Assembly (NCBI GenBank): GCA_039923855.1
Contig: JBDTBW010000014.1
Location: 15,522 to 79,521 of the forward strand
Direction: 5' to 3'
Source of the DNA: Rhodanobacteraceae bacterium
GTDB taxonomy: Bacteria; Pseudomonadota; Gammaproteobacteria; Xanthomonadales; Rhodanobacteraceae
Length of the DNA: 64,000 bases
Shown here: positions 44,943 to 54,447 of the stretch, piece by piece
How the letters are laid out: each line of letters opens with the position of its first letter
How positions within the stretch are numbered: position 1 is the first letter of the stretch
Notes under the pieces: model-generated
The model's database searches: none
Seen by the model: only the letters and a program-made list of their open reading frames with translations
What the model was told of the DNA's origin: nothing
Position numbers and translations under genes: made by a program

Positions 44943-46802
44943 ATGCGCACCGAGCCCATGCCAGAACCGCAAACCACCCTCGCGTCGATCCAGCAGATGC
45001 TCGCGGCGGTCGAGCAGGGGCACTTCGCGGCAGCCGAGCGCATGGTGCGTCCTTACCTCGATCTTTACCCCGAAGACGAGACGGCCTTGAGCATCCTGGG
45101 TCTGAGCCTGTTCGAGCAGGAACGTCTGAGCGAGGCAACGGAAGTTTACCAACTTGCGGCGTCACGTTTCCCGACGAATCCCGGGAATTGGGATAACCTC
45201 GGCACGACTGCGCGCAAAGCCGGACAGTTTCAGGAGGCGGAAGCCGCCTACGCCAAAGCGCTGCAAATGCAACCGGATGACCCGCGGTTTCTCTCCCACA
45301 TGGGTCTTCTGTACATCGAGTGGAAGCGGATCACCGTAGCGAAGGAGTATCTGTGGCGCGCGTACCAGCTCGATCCATCGGATTTCGAGACACGCATCTT
45401 CGGCGCCCAGATGGCACTGGAATGCGGTGATGATGCGCGCGCCAGGCAGATGCTGGACGATTGGAAACGATGGGCCGCAACGTTGGGGAGCGCATTGCAG
45501 GTGGAGCTCGCTGCGCTGTTGATCCGGCTGGGCGACAATGCGGAATGCGAAGCGTTGTTGCGCCGGCATCTGGACGATCCGGAAAGCGGCAATGCGGCGC
45601 GCGCTCGCCTGATCGTGGTTTTGGAACGATTCAATCGACTGGAGGAAGCACAGGCAATGTTGGCGCAATTGCCACCGATCGAATCTGTCACGGATACCGC
45701 ACTGGGCAACGAAATCTGCGAAGCTCAAGCAGTGGTCGCAGCGCGCGACAGCGATGTGTCACACGCCACAAGTGTGCTGAAGAGGCTACTGGATCGATCC
45801 GACGACGATCGTTGGCAGACCACGGTGTGCTTTCTCCTAGCCAAGCTTTGCGATAAGCAAAACGATTACGACGCTTGCGTGGAGTACTTGCGCAAGGCAC
45901 ACGCAAGCCAGATGGAACACACCAGCCGGTTGGTGCCGGATCTGGTTGAGCCCAGCTCCAACCCGCTCAACATCGCCAATTTCCGCGTCACCCACGAACT
46001 GTTCGAGCGCTGGAAGCCGGTCGAGGCTCCGCCGCTTGAGGACTCTCCTGTCTTCGTGGTCGGCTTTCCGCGTTCCGGCACGACCATGCTCGAACAAATG
46101 CTGGACGCGCATCCGGGCATGCGTTCGATGGACGAGCGTCCTTTCCTGCAGCGCTCGGTGGAGCGCATGCAGCAGATCGGTTTGCAATATCCGGAACAAC
46201 TCGGCGAATTGGATACCGCACAGTGCTCGACGCTGCGCGACGTTTACTGGAGCGCAGTGGCGAAGGTCTCGCAGTTGCGGCCCGGTCAGCGGCTGGTGGA
46301 TAAGAATCCATTGAGCATGTTGCGTGTCCCGATGATCTTCAGACTGTTCCCGAACGCGAAGATCATCTTCGTGATGCGTCATCCTTGCGATGTAGTGCTC
46401 AGTTGCTACATGCAGCATTTCAACGCGCCTGCGTTCACCGCGATGTGCTCGACGTTGCCGCGGCTTGCCGACGGCTATGCCCACGCGATGCGCTTCTGGC
46501 TCGATCAAGTCGCGTTGCTCAAACCACAGATATTCGAATGGCGATACGAAAGTGCGATCGAGGATTTCGACGGCAATGTAGAAAGAGTGGGGGCATTCCT
46601 CGATCTCGAAGATATCTCGCCGCTGCACCGCTTCAGCGAACACGCCCGCACCAAGGGTTATATCGGGACGCCGAGTTACGCGCAGGTCATCCAGCCGGTC
46701 TACAAGGGCGCGATGGGCCGTTGGCGGCGTTACCGCAAATACTTCGAGCCAATCCTGCCGCTGCTGGAACCGGCCTTGGAGCACTGGGGTTATGACGCCT
46801 GA
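44943..46802 (+). CDS. TPR-repeat sulfotransferase (paralog 1)
   Basis: TPR N-terminal half; PAPS 5'-PSB motif VVGFPRSGTTMLEQML; 3'-PB-like MRHPCDVVLSCY. The ATG at 44958 is an alternative start. Confidence 0.8.
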   Translation: MRTEPMPEPQTTLASIQQMLAAVEQGHFAAAERMVRPYLDLYPEDETALSILGLSLFEQERLSEATEVYQLAASRFPTNPGNWDNLGTTARKAGQFQEAEAAYAKALQMQPDDPRFLSHMGLLYIEWKRITVAKEYLWRAYQLDPSDFETRIFGAQMALECGDDARARQMLDDWKRWAATLGSALQVELAALLIRLGDNAECEALLRRHLDDPESGNAARARLIVVLERFNRLEEAQAMLAQLPPIESVTDTALGNEICEAQAVVAARDSDVSHATSVLKRLLDRSDDDRWQTTVCFLLAKLCDKQNDYDACVEYLRKAHASQMEHTSRLVPDLVEPSSNPLNIANFRVTHELFERWKPVEAPPLEDSPVFVVGFPRSGTTMLEQMLDAHPGMRSMDERPFLQRSVERMQQIGLQYPEQLGELDTAQCSTLRDVYWSAVAKVSQLRPGQRLVDKNPLSMLRVPMIFRLFPNAKIIFVMRHPCDVVLSCYMQHFNAPAFTAMCSTLPRLADGYAHAMRFWLDQVALLKPQIFEWRYESAIEDFDGNVERVGAFLDLEDISPLHRFSEHARTKGYIGTPSYAQVIQPVYKGAMGRWRRYRKYFEPILPLLEPALEHWGYDA

Positions 46803-47409
46803 TCCCCTAGAAGCTGCAACTTCCGCATCGCCTTGCACCAGGGTTGCCGATTATGTGCGCTGGTACGACGACGCCCTGCCGCGCAGCTTCTGCGAGCAAT
46901 TGATTGCGTCGTTCCGGCAGACGAGCACAAAGCAGATCAAGCGCGAGCGGGGCTGGCGCGCCGGCCTCGATGCGAGCGCGTGGACCGAACTGGACATCAC
47001 GCCATTAGCCGATCTGGCCTTGAAGGGATTTTTTTACCAGAAGATGGATGAGTACCTGGCACGCTACAACGGCGATGTGCACCTCGACATTCCGATCCCG
47101 CAGTCCACCTTGCTTGCCCCATTGCGGATCAAGCGCTATCAACCTGATGCCGGCGAGGAGTTTCAGTTGCACTTCGATTCGATTGGTGAGGTGGCCAACC
47201 GTTATCTCGTTTATCTGTGGTATCTGAACGACGTCGAGGAAGGCGGTGAAACGGAATTCGGCGGTCTCGGCATCAAGGTGCGTCCGCGCGCGGGCAGGTT
47301 GCTGATGTTCCCGCCATATTGGATGTATCAGCATGCGGGGCGGCCACCACTTACAGGAGAAAAATACATCCTGTCGACCTATATGCTGTTCCCCCCGGAG
47401 GGACGTTGA
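46792..47409 (+). CDS. Prolyl-4-hydroxylase-like 2OG-Fe(II) oxygenase (paralog A)
   Basis: RIKRYQPDAGEEFQLHFD...LWYLNDVEEGGETEF...RLLMFPPYWMYQHAGRPPLTGEKYILSTY (HxD...H...K/R). It overlaps the upstream sulfotransferase by 11 nt. Confidence 0.75.
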   Translation: MTPDPLEAATSASPCTRVADYVRWYDDALPRSFCEQLIASFRQTSTKQIKRERGWRAGLDASAWTELDITPLADLALKGFFYQKMDEYLARYNGDVHLDIPIPQSTLLAPLRIKRYQPDAGEEFQLHFDSIGEVANRYLVYLWYLNDVEEGGETEFGGLGIKVRPRAGRLLMFPPYWMYQHAGRPPLTGEKYILSTYMLFPPEGR

Positions 47410-48977
47410 TCGCTGCTGTGCGATGGTCGGTCCATTGGGAATTTCACAAGCTCGGGCAGATACGCAACGTAATGGCGCCAGCGTTCCACCGAGCGTCCAT
47501 ATACAGGTTGACGGGCCTGCCAGAGGCTGGCGGTGCCGATGCCCCTGGGTGATATGTCCGTGGCTGCTGATGCATCGAGTCGCGGCAATTCCAGCCACTC
47601 CGCCAGCTCCGCGATGACGGCCTCGGGCCTCGCGACGAATTTCTCGTAATGCACCGTGCAGATCGAGTTTGCATGCGACTTTCGCCAGTGTGTCATAAGA
47701 CGTTCGCAATCGTTCATCACGATCGCGATGTCGGCGAAATCGTAAACGTAACCTTGCACTTCTTCGGAGAATGACTGTACCCATAACGATAGCGCGTTGT
47801 CGCGTAAGTTACGCTGGCAATGGATGATCTTCGCATTGGTGAAGAGTGCCAGCATCAGATCCACGTAGCGGAAATTCAATGGCTGCTTATCGATGAACCA
47901 CTGCGCACCATCGGCGTCATCCTGCCGCAATTGCGCGTGGTATGTTGCCGCGGCGCGTTGCATCGAGATGCGCTTTGGATTACCGGCCAATTCCGGTTGC
48001 TGCGCCAGTGTCGCCAGCCAAGGCGATTCGCCGCGGTTGCACACACGTGGATAACGCGCCAGCAGTTCAGCGATCAGGGTGGTGCCCGAACGCGGCATGC
48101 CTACGATGAGGATCGGGACAAAATCAGGCGTTTGGTCGGGTCGGGAACCGATTGGCTTGGCGGCCAGCCGGGCTTCGACCGCGCGCCGCCAATGCTTGCG
48201 CGACCACCTGGTCAAGGCATGCGCCAGCGCATTGGCCTGACGAAAATACTGCGCGGCTTGCGCGTAATCGCCTATATCGTCGTGTGCCTTGCCTAGCGCA
48301 AACAGCAGGGTAGAGCGGGCCTGTTCACTCAAGTCTTTGCGTTGCAGGTGATTGCGAAATCGCCCGAAGTCGGGATGCTCCGCATCGGGGTAGCGCTGCA
48401 TCGAAGCCAGTCCAAGCGGCACGTGCCATTCGCACGCTTGGAGACTTTGCTCGAGCGCGAGTACACAATGTTCCCTTGCGCGTTCGAATTCACCAAGCTG
48501 GGATTCCAACATTCCGGCGTAGGCGTGCAGACGCGGATCGCCGGGATGCGTGGTGATCGCCGCTTCAGCAATGGCAGCGGCATCGCGTTTGCGATCGCAA
48601 TCGTCGAGCAACTCAATTGCCCGGATCGCCTCTTCCGCATCGTGCTGTCCGTGTTCGAAGCAAGTACGCATCACCGCAGCGGCGCTGCTCATGTTGCCCT
48701 GCTCCTTGAGCATCTGCGCGAGCAGGAAGGCCGAGGCGGTATCCCCCGGGTTATCCGCGAGCAAACCGCACAGGAGACTTTGGGCTTGCGCGTCACGCTG
48801 TGTCTGGCGGTAAACACCAGCCAGCGTGCGACGCAGATCGATCGACTGCGGATATTCTGTCAATCCATTGGCCAGCAGCGATTCCGCAACCGCGGATTTG
48901 CCGCGCAACATCCATTCGCGGGTTTGCTTCAGCCATTGTTGCTCGGTTTGCATATCACCCGGAAGCGTCGGGCTCAT
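47379..48977 (-). CDS. TPR-repeat sulfotransferase (paralog 2)
   Basis: ILIVGMPRSGTTLIAELL 5'-PSB; CQRNLRDNALSLW 3'-PB-like; TPR N-terminal half. Confidence 0.8.
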   Translation of the reverse strand: MSPTLPGDMQTEQQWLKQTREWMLRGKSAVAESLLANGLTEYPQSIDLRRTLAGVYRQTQRDAQAQSLLCGLLADNPGDTASAFLLAQMLKEQGNMSSAAAVMRTCFEHGQHDAEEAIRAIELLDDCDRKRDAAAIAEAAITTHPGDPRLHAYAGMLESQLGEFERAREHCVLALEQSLQACEWHVPLGLASMQRYPDAEHPDFGRFRNHLQRKDLSEQARSTLLFALGKAHDDIGDYAQAAQYFRQANALAHALTRWSRKHWRRAVEARLAAKPIGSRPDQTPDFVPILIVGMPRSGTTLIAELLARYPRVCNRGESPWLATLAQQPELAGNPKRISMQRAAATYHAQLRQDDADGAQWFIDKQPLNFRYVDLMLALFTNAKIIHCQRNLRDNALSLWVQSFSEEVQGYVYDFADIAIVMNDCERLMTHWRKSHANSICTVHYEKFVARPEAVIAELAEWLELPRLDASAATDISPRGIGTASLWQARQPVYGRSVERWRHYVAYLPELVKFPMDRPSHSSDQRPSGGNSI

Positions 48978-50554
48978 CCGGAAAATGGCGGCATATCCAA
49001 TGCCGTGCGCAAAGGATCGAGCAGCGCGCCGTAACCGGGGGCGCGCGCAGTATCGGGGCGCAACGGTTGGCGCACTTGTGTCGCGCTAGGTGAGAACACG
49101 TTTCGTTTGTTTTGATAAAAGCGCAGGCAAGCCCCTTCGAATGGCAGCTCACAAAACTCAAGCAATCCGCGGATGCTTGTCTCCGGATCGGCGATCAGGT
49201 CCTCATAGATGTGCTCATGCACATGCGAAGAATGCTCTGCGCGCCAGTAATGGATGCTGCGATCGAAGTCGCGCCAATATGCTGCGAGATCATCAAAAGT
49301 GCGTGTGTATTCGTTGCTGGCCAGATGCTGACGGTAACAGGCGAAACAGGTTTCCAGCGGATCGCGGCGGCAGCAGATGATTTTTGCTGCGGGAAGCATT
49401 GCCCGGATAGCGCCGATGTACATCCAGTTGCTCGGCAATTTGTCGACAAACATGGGTCGCTGGCTGCGCCAACGGGCAGTTCTTTGCAGGTAACGCTCGC
49501 CAAGATGTTGCCAATCTTCGGCGTGCATTTTGTCAACCCAAAGCGGAAACGGCACGAGGCGTTGATAAGATTCCTCCGTCAATGTCAATGGCAGATCAGG
49601 TAGCTCGCCCGCGCCTTGCACGCTGGAATGCGAAGTCAGAATCTGCTCCACCAACGTCGAGCCTGAACGCGGCAGGCTGACGACGAATATCGCATCGTGA
49701 CCAAGGTTTGCGTCAGGTGAATGCCGCGGTGGCGGATTGAACGAGTCGAGAAGGCCGGTGACAACAGCGGAAAATCCCTGCGCGTTCCATGTCTTTCTAC
49801 GGCGCGCAATTGCGTTGGCTTGCGCAAGCGCGGTCAGCGATTCGCTATAGCGACATTCGTCGTCCAGCCCCTTGGCCAACGCAAATCCGAGTGCGATCAG
49901 ATCGTCATCGCCCGCGCGCGGATCCCGCAAGGCACGACGGATATGTTCGATGTCGCTGACGGCCAAGCGCAGGGATTTGAGGTCGGCCAACCCCAACCAC
50001 GCGACTCCCGCCCACGGTCGTTCTGCGATCACGCGACGGTATTCGGTCTCGGCCTCTTCTATGCGATTCTCGGCCCGCAGCATGTCGCCCAGCAGGGATC
50101 GTGCGTCCATATGTCTCGGATTGATCGCTACCGCTCGTTGCAGAGCATCGATGGCTTCGGCGCGTCGCACGCAATGCGTCAGCATCACGCCGAGGTTGTA
50201 CCAGGCGTCCGCGAGGGTGGGTTGCAACTCGCAGGCACGTTTCAGCGCGGTGATTGCGCCGTCGAGATCGTTGCCAGTCCCGAGAATGCTGCCAAGTGTG
50301 TTGTGGTACAGAGGGTCATCCGGCCGCTGTGCGAGTGCGCGCCGCATCGTCGCAACAGCGGCGGCATAATCGCCACGAAGATTCAGAATGCTGGCATGCA
50401 GGCGCAAGATTTCCGGATGATCCGGATTGGACGCCAGCGCTGGAATGAGTTGCGCAGTGGCCGCATCGGCCCGGCCCGCTTCAAGCGCTTGTGCAGCCGC
50501 CACAACGTTTTGAATCGTGGCCGGACTCAAGCCCTGCAATCGCGGCGTCACCAT
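48974..50554 (-). CDS. TPR-repeat sulfotransferase (paralog 3)
   Basis: IFVVSLPRSGSTLVEQIL 5'-PSB; CRRDPLETCFACY. The ATG at 50554 is preceded by GGAGAG (the ORF-track TTG at 50593 is less likely). The stop overlaps the next start (ATGA-type 4-nt overlap). Confidence 0.8.
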   Translation of the reverse strand: MVTPRLQGLSPATIQNVVAAAQALEAGRADAATAQLIPALASNPDHPEILRLHASILNLRGDYAAAVATMRRALAQRPDDPLYHNTLGSILGTGNDLDGAITALKRACELQPTLADAWYNLGVMLTHCVRRAEAIDALQRAVAINPRHMDARSLLGDMLRAENRIEEAETEYRRVIAERPWAGVAWLGLADLKSLRLAVSDIEHIRRALRDPRAGDDDLIALGFALAKGLDDECRYSESLTALAQANAIARRRKTWNAQGFSAVVTGLLDSFNPPPRHSPDANLGHDAIFVVSLPRSGSTLVEQILTSHSSVQGAGELPDLPLTLTEESYQRLVPFPLWVDKMHAEDWQHLGERYLQRTARWRSQRPMFVDKLPSNWMYIGAIRAMLPAAKIICCRRDPLETCFACYRQHLASNEYTRTFDDLAAYWRDFDRSIHYWRAEHSSHVHEHIYEDLIADPETSIRGLLEFCELPFEGACLRFYQNKRNVFSPSATQVRQPLRPDTARAPGYGALLDPLRTALDMPPFSG

Positions 50555-50701
50555 TAATCTCTCCGAACGTTTTGCTTTCTGATTTAAATGCAAAGCGATT
50601 GTGTCATGGTTGCTGAAATCCGGGCACAGCCACCGCTAACCAAAAGGGCCGATGAGATGCACCTGCTTGGCGCCGGGAGCACCCAAAACTCAACAGCTTG
50701 G

Positions 50702-51328
50702 TCAGAACAACAAATAAGTGGAAATAATGTATTTGTCGTTGGAGCGGGGCGGCAAACCAGCATGCTGGAACATCCAGTACGGCGGAAACATGAGCAGTCG
50801 CCCCGCCCGCGCCTGGATGCGCAGGCCGAGATCGCAAAACTCCGTCTCACCTCCATCCTGCACGTCGTTGAGGTACCAGATGAATACCATATAACGATTC
50901 GAACTGTAGTCGAGCGCATCGAAATGCGGCTGGAACTGATCGCTTGCTTCTGCCGAGTAGCGCTTGATGCGAAAATTTTCCAGGCGGGATCGCAGTGGAA
51001 CCGGGATCGTCAGCGCGACCTGTTCGTTATACACGGCGAGATAATGCAATGCCCGTTCGCGGAAGTATGCATCGAAGGAGGGATCGGCCAGTTTGGTCAC
51101 ATTGAGTTCGGTCCACGCGCTTTTCCCGAGCTGGGCCATGACGCCGCGAGCGCTGCGGGTGTGAAAGCGTGAAAGATGATCGAAGGATTCGATCATGCGC
51201 TGACAGAAATCGACTTCCAGTGCGTTATCGAAGCACTGCACAAAACGGGCAAGATCGCGTGTTGCCGGCCGCCGGTCCTTGGCTGCATCCGTGGCCGAAG
51301 GCTCAGGCAAGGTCTTGCAACCGTGCAT
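50702..51328 (-). CDS. Prolyl-4-hydroxylase-like 2OG-Fe(II) oxygenase (paralog B)
   Basis: Collinear with 46792..47409: RIKRYSAEASDQFQPHFD...IWYLNDVQDGGETEF...RLLMFPPYWMFQHAGLPPRSNDKYIISTY. Confidence 0.75.
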   Translation of the reverse strand: MHGCKTLPEPSATDAAKDRRPATRDLARFVQCFDNALEVDFCQRMIESFDHLSRFHTRSARGVMAQLGKSAWTELNVTKLADPSFDAYFRERALHYLAVYNEQVALTIPVPLRSRLENFRIKRYSAEASDQFQPHFDALDYSSNRYMVFIWYLNDVQDGGETEFCDLGLRIQARAGRLLMFPPYWMFQHAGLPPRSNDKYIISTYLLF

Positions 51329-52622
51329 CGAAATCCAGGACCGCGAGAGTCAAGGCTGTCAAGGCGTCTCGTTCCTGCGGCGAAATGTCCGGGTGCCAGA
51401 CATCGAAGATCAAGGCAAGCGCTTGCCCATCGCTTGCGGCAGCGTATTCGTACTCGAAACTCGGGTCGAATATAAAGGACTCGCCCGCCCTCAATTCGCG
51501 TGACTCCCCGCCCACGGTGACTTGCAAAGGTGCGCTACCGGAAAAAGCAACAACGATGCTGCAAAAAGCATTGGTGCGACCGCGGCGTGGGGTTGAGCGG
51601 GCACCCGATTGCAGCGCGATGATGACGGCGTCGGGGCCGTAGCCGGGGATATGTATCAGCGGTGTCGAGTCGATTGACGCGAGCAAGTGGGGAGCGTGAC
51701 GACGAACTGTGTCGTGCAATAAACCGCGCTGGTACAAAAAGACATATTGCTCCTTTGCCCGCAGTGCGTTGGCGCTGTCGTTCGCGGTCATCGCTTCCAG
51801 GCTGAAAAGCGACGGTCCGGAAGGGCCCTCGCTGGCGGACAGACAGGAAAGCGCTTCCTTGTCCTGCAACGACATGCGTGCAGCGCAATCATCCAGCCAA
51901 TCGAAAGACTGGGGGTCGTGAAAACATGTTGCGCCCAGTTCGGGGAGATAGAGAAATGTCGGCCGCTGACGCAGATCGGCTGGCGGTTCGGTTCGGTCGA
52001 GCAGATAAGTCGCCAAGGCGGCATCGACACGGCCCATACGCACCGCATTGATGCCGCGGCGAAAAGGCGCCAGCGGGGCTTCGAACAGATTGCGTCTGCC
52101 AGTCGCCACGTATTGCATCGCATGCTGCACGAGACGGTGCAGACCAGGTTCGGTGGTTTGATCGCTCAGCCATTGCCCGGTTGACTGCGCATCGAGAATG
52201 GCGCGGAAGTAATGCAGTAGCGCGGCTTCCGGTCGATCATCCAATTCGAACACGTTGGCGAGCAGCAGACGCGCCGTCGTATTGCGGCCTTGGGTCAGCT
52301 CCAAGGCGCGAATGAGTACATAACGCGCCTCATCCATGCGGTCTCCACTACGATAGGCAACCCCCAATTCCAGCAACACCCCTATGTCGTTGCGGTCGGC
52401 TTGGGCGGCGCGGCTGAGCAAGGCCACCGCTTCGCCCGGATCGCCGCGCGAAAGCGCGGCATTGGCAAGAAACCGCAGTGCTTCGACCTGATCGGGCTCG
52501 ACAGCGGCAACGTTGCGGTAAGCCTGCTCGGCCTCGACCAGACGGCCTTGTTTAAGGTGCGTACGCGCGGCTCCGAGCTCGCGATTTGTCGATTCGAAAG
52601 AGAAAGAAGTATCCGAGGGCAT
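51303..52622 (-). CDS. TPR-repeat protein with a C-terminal aspartyl/asparaginyl beta-hydroxylase-like domain (catalytic residues apparently degenerate)
   Basis: The C-terminus ...LQSGARSTPRRGRTNAF...ESFIFDPSFEYEYAA...LALIFDVWHPDISPQERDAL aligns with the AspH/LpxO fold (PHTGPTN...FDDSFEHE...RLIFIVDVWHP). It overlaps the next gene by 26 nt. Confidence 0.7.
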   Translation of the reverse strand: MPSDTSFSFESTNRELGAARTHLKQGRLVEAEQAYRNVAAVEPDQVEALRFLANAALSRGDPGEAVALLSRAAQADRNDIGVLLELGVAYRSGDRMDEARYVLIRALELTQGRNTTARLLLANVFELDDRPEAALLHYFRAILDAQSTGQWLSDQTTEPGLHRLVQHAMQYVATGRRNLFEAPLAPFRRGINAVRMGRVDAALATYLLDRTEPPADLRQRPTFLYLPELGATCFHDPQSFDWLDDCAARMSLQDKEALSCLSASEGPSGPSLFSLEAMTANDSANALRAKEQYVFLYQRGLLHDTVRRHAPHLLASIDSTPLIHIPGYGPDAVIIALQSGARSTPRRGRTNAFCSIVVAFSGSAPLQVTVGGESRELRAGESFIFDPSFEYEYAAASDGQALALIFDVWHPDISPQERDALTALTLAVLDFDARLQDLA

Positions 52623-52662
52623 GGTGGCGCAGGAATGAGTGGGTGAAAGAGTCGGCGATCCT

Positions 52663-54447
52663 TCAAGACGCCGCCGCTTTGCGCGCCGGAACAGACTCAG
52701 TACCCAGCGCGGCCGCCACGCGCTGCTGTTCGTCCTTCAATGCCTGCGGCATGCGCGCATCGTAACCATCGAGATATTCGCCGATCGCCGCGAGTTCGCC
52801 TTTCCAACCCTCGACATCGATGTCGAGCAGGGTGTCCAGCGCGCCGTCGGTCAGGCGCAATCCCTCGACATCCAGATTTTCCTTCCTCGGCAACAATCCG
52901 ATCGGGGTTTCCACGGCGTCCACTTCGCCCGCAATGCGCTGCAACATCCACTCCAGCACGCGCAGATTGTCGCCGAAGCCGGGCCACAGGAACTTGCCGT
53001 CCTTGTTCTTGCGAAACCAGTTGACGTGAAAGATCTTCGGCAGCTTGGCGTCAGGCTGATCGAACGACAGCCAGTGCGCGAAATAATCGCCGTAGTTGTA
53101 ACCGCAGAAAGGTTTCATCGCCATCGGGTCGCGACGCACCACGCCGACCTGGCCGGCCGCTGCGGCGGTGGTTTCGGACGCCATCGACGCGCCGACCAGT
53201 ACGCCGTGGCTCCAGTCGCGCGCCTCGAACACCAGCGGGATGAGCGATTCGCGGCGACCGCCGAACACGATCGCGTCGATCGGCACGCCGTCCGGGTTCT
53301 CCGCCTCCGGCGACCAACTCGGGCATTGCGTGGCGCGCACGGTGAAGCGCGAATTGGGATGCGCGGCGGGGCCATTTGCAGGATCAAAGTCCCGGCCCTG
53401 CCAATCCTTGACCGGCTTGCGGTCGTCCAGACCTTCCCACCACGGCTCGTTGTCGGCGGTGACTGCGACGTTGGTGAACAACGCGTCGTGGTTCAACATC
53501 GTCAGTGCGTTCGGATTGGTTTTGGAAGACGTGCCTGGCGCCACGCCGAAATAACCCGCCTCCGGATTGATCGCATAAAGGCGTCCGTCCTTGCCGGGCG
53601 TCATCCAGCAAATGTCGTCGCCGACCGTCCACACTTTCCAGCCGTCACGGGCAAAACCTTCCGGCGGAATCAACATCGCCAGATTGGTCTTGCCGCACGC
53701 CGACGGAAACGCCGCGGCGATGTATTTGATTTCGCCCCGCGGATTCTGGACACCGACGATCAACATGTGTTCGGCTAGCCAGCCTTCGCTGCGCGCCTGC
53801 CACGAGGCGATCCGCAGCGCATGACACTTCTTGCCGAGCAACGCGTTGCCGCCGTAACCCGAGCCATAGGACTTGATCGAGAGTTCTTCCGGAAAATGCA
53901 TGATCCAGCGGCGCTCGGGATCGAGCGTGCCGGTCGAATGCTGACCCTTGACGAAGCGCCCCTCGCGTTCGACGCGTTCCAATGCAGCGGTGCCCATGCG
54001 GGTCATGATGCGCATGTTGGCGACCACATACGGCGAATCGGTGATCTCCACGCCGCAGCGCGAAATCGGCGAACCCAGGGGGCCCATGCAATAGGGCACC
54101 ACGTACATTGTGCGGCCCTTCATGCAGTCGGCGAACAGCGCGTCGATTTTGGCGTGCGCCTGTGTCGGAGCCATCCATTGATTGTTGGGACCGGCATCGT
54201 CCTGGTTTTTGGTGCAGATCAGCGTGAGCTTCTCGACCCGCGCGACGTCTTTCGGGTCGGAGCGGTGCAGATAGCAGCCCGGATGCGTGTGCTGGTTGAG
54301 TTCGATCAGATCGCCGGTTTGCAGCATCGATTCGGTCAGGGCCTTGGTCTCGGCTTCCGAACCATCGCACCAGTGGATGCGATCAGGCTGGGTGAGCTTG
54401 GCGACCTCGTCCACCCACCGGTTCAGCGCTTCCAGCTTGCTTGCCAT
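52663..54447 (-). CDS. pckG: Phosphoenolpyruvate carboxykinase (GTP)
   Basis: 594 aa. ...CYLHRSDPKDVARVE..., FPSACGKTNLAML (kinase-1a) and WMTPGKDGRLYAINPE are typical of GTP-PEPCK. Confidence 0.95.
   Translation of the reverse strand: MASKLEALNRWVDEVAKLTQPDRIHWCDGSEAETKALTESMLQTGDLIELNQHTHPGCYLHRSDPKDVARVEKLTLICTKNQDDAGPNNQWMAPTQAHAKIDALFADCMKGRTMYVVPYCMGPLGSPISRCGVEITDSPYVVANMRIMTRMGTAALERVEREGRFVKGQHSTGTLDPERRWIMHFPEELSIKSYGSGYGGNALLGKKCHALRIASWQARSEGWLAEHMLIVGVQNPRGEIKYIAAAFPSACGKTNLAMLIPPEGFARDGWKVWTVGDDICWMTPGKDGRLYAINPEAGYFGVAPGTSSKTNPNALTMLNHDALFTNVAVTADNEPWWEGLDDRKPVKDWQGRDFDPANGPAAHPNSRFTVRATQCPSWSPEAENPDGVPIDAIVFGGRRESLIPLVFEARDWSHGVLVGASMASETTAAAAGQVGVVRRDPMAMKPFCGYNYGDYFAHWLSFDQPDAKLPKIFHVNWFRKNKDGKFLWPGFGDNLRVLEWMLQRIAGEVDAVETPIGLLPRKENLDVEGLRLTDGALDTLLDIDVEGWKGELAAIGEYLDGYDARMPQALKDEQQRVAAALGTESVPARKAAAS

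Noticed and set aside
43060-52622. RaxST/RaxX-like sulfated-peptide system.
   Set aside because: No small Tyr-containing precursor ORF, no peptidase-containing ABC exporter, and no PAPS synthesis genes are present in or next to the cluster. The sulfotransferases are large TPR fusions, unlike RaxST. I kept it only as a loose analogy.
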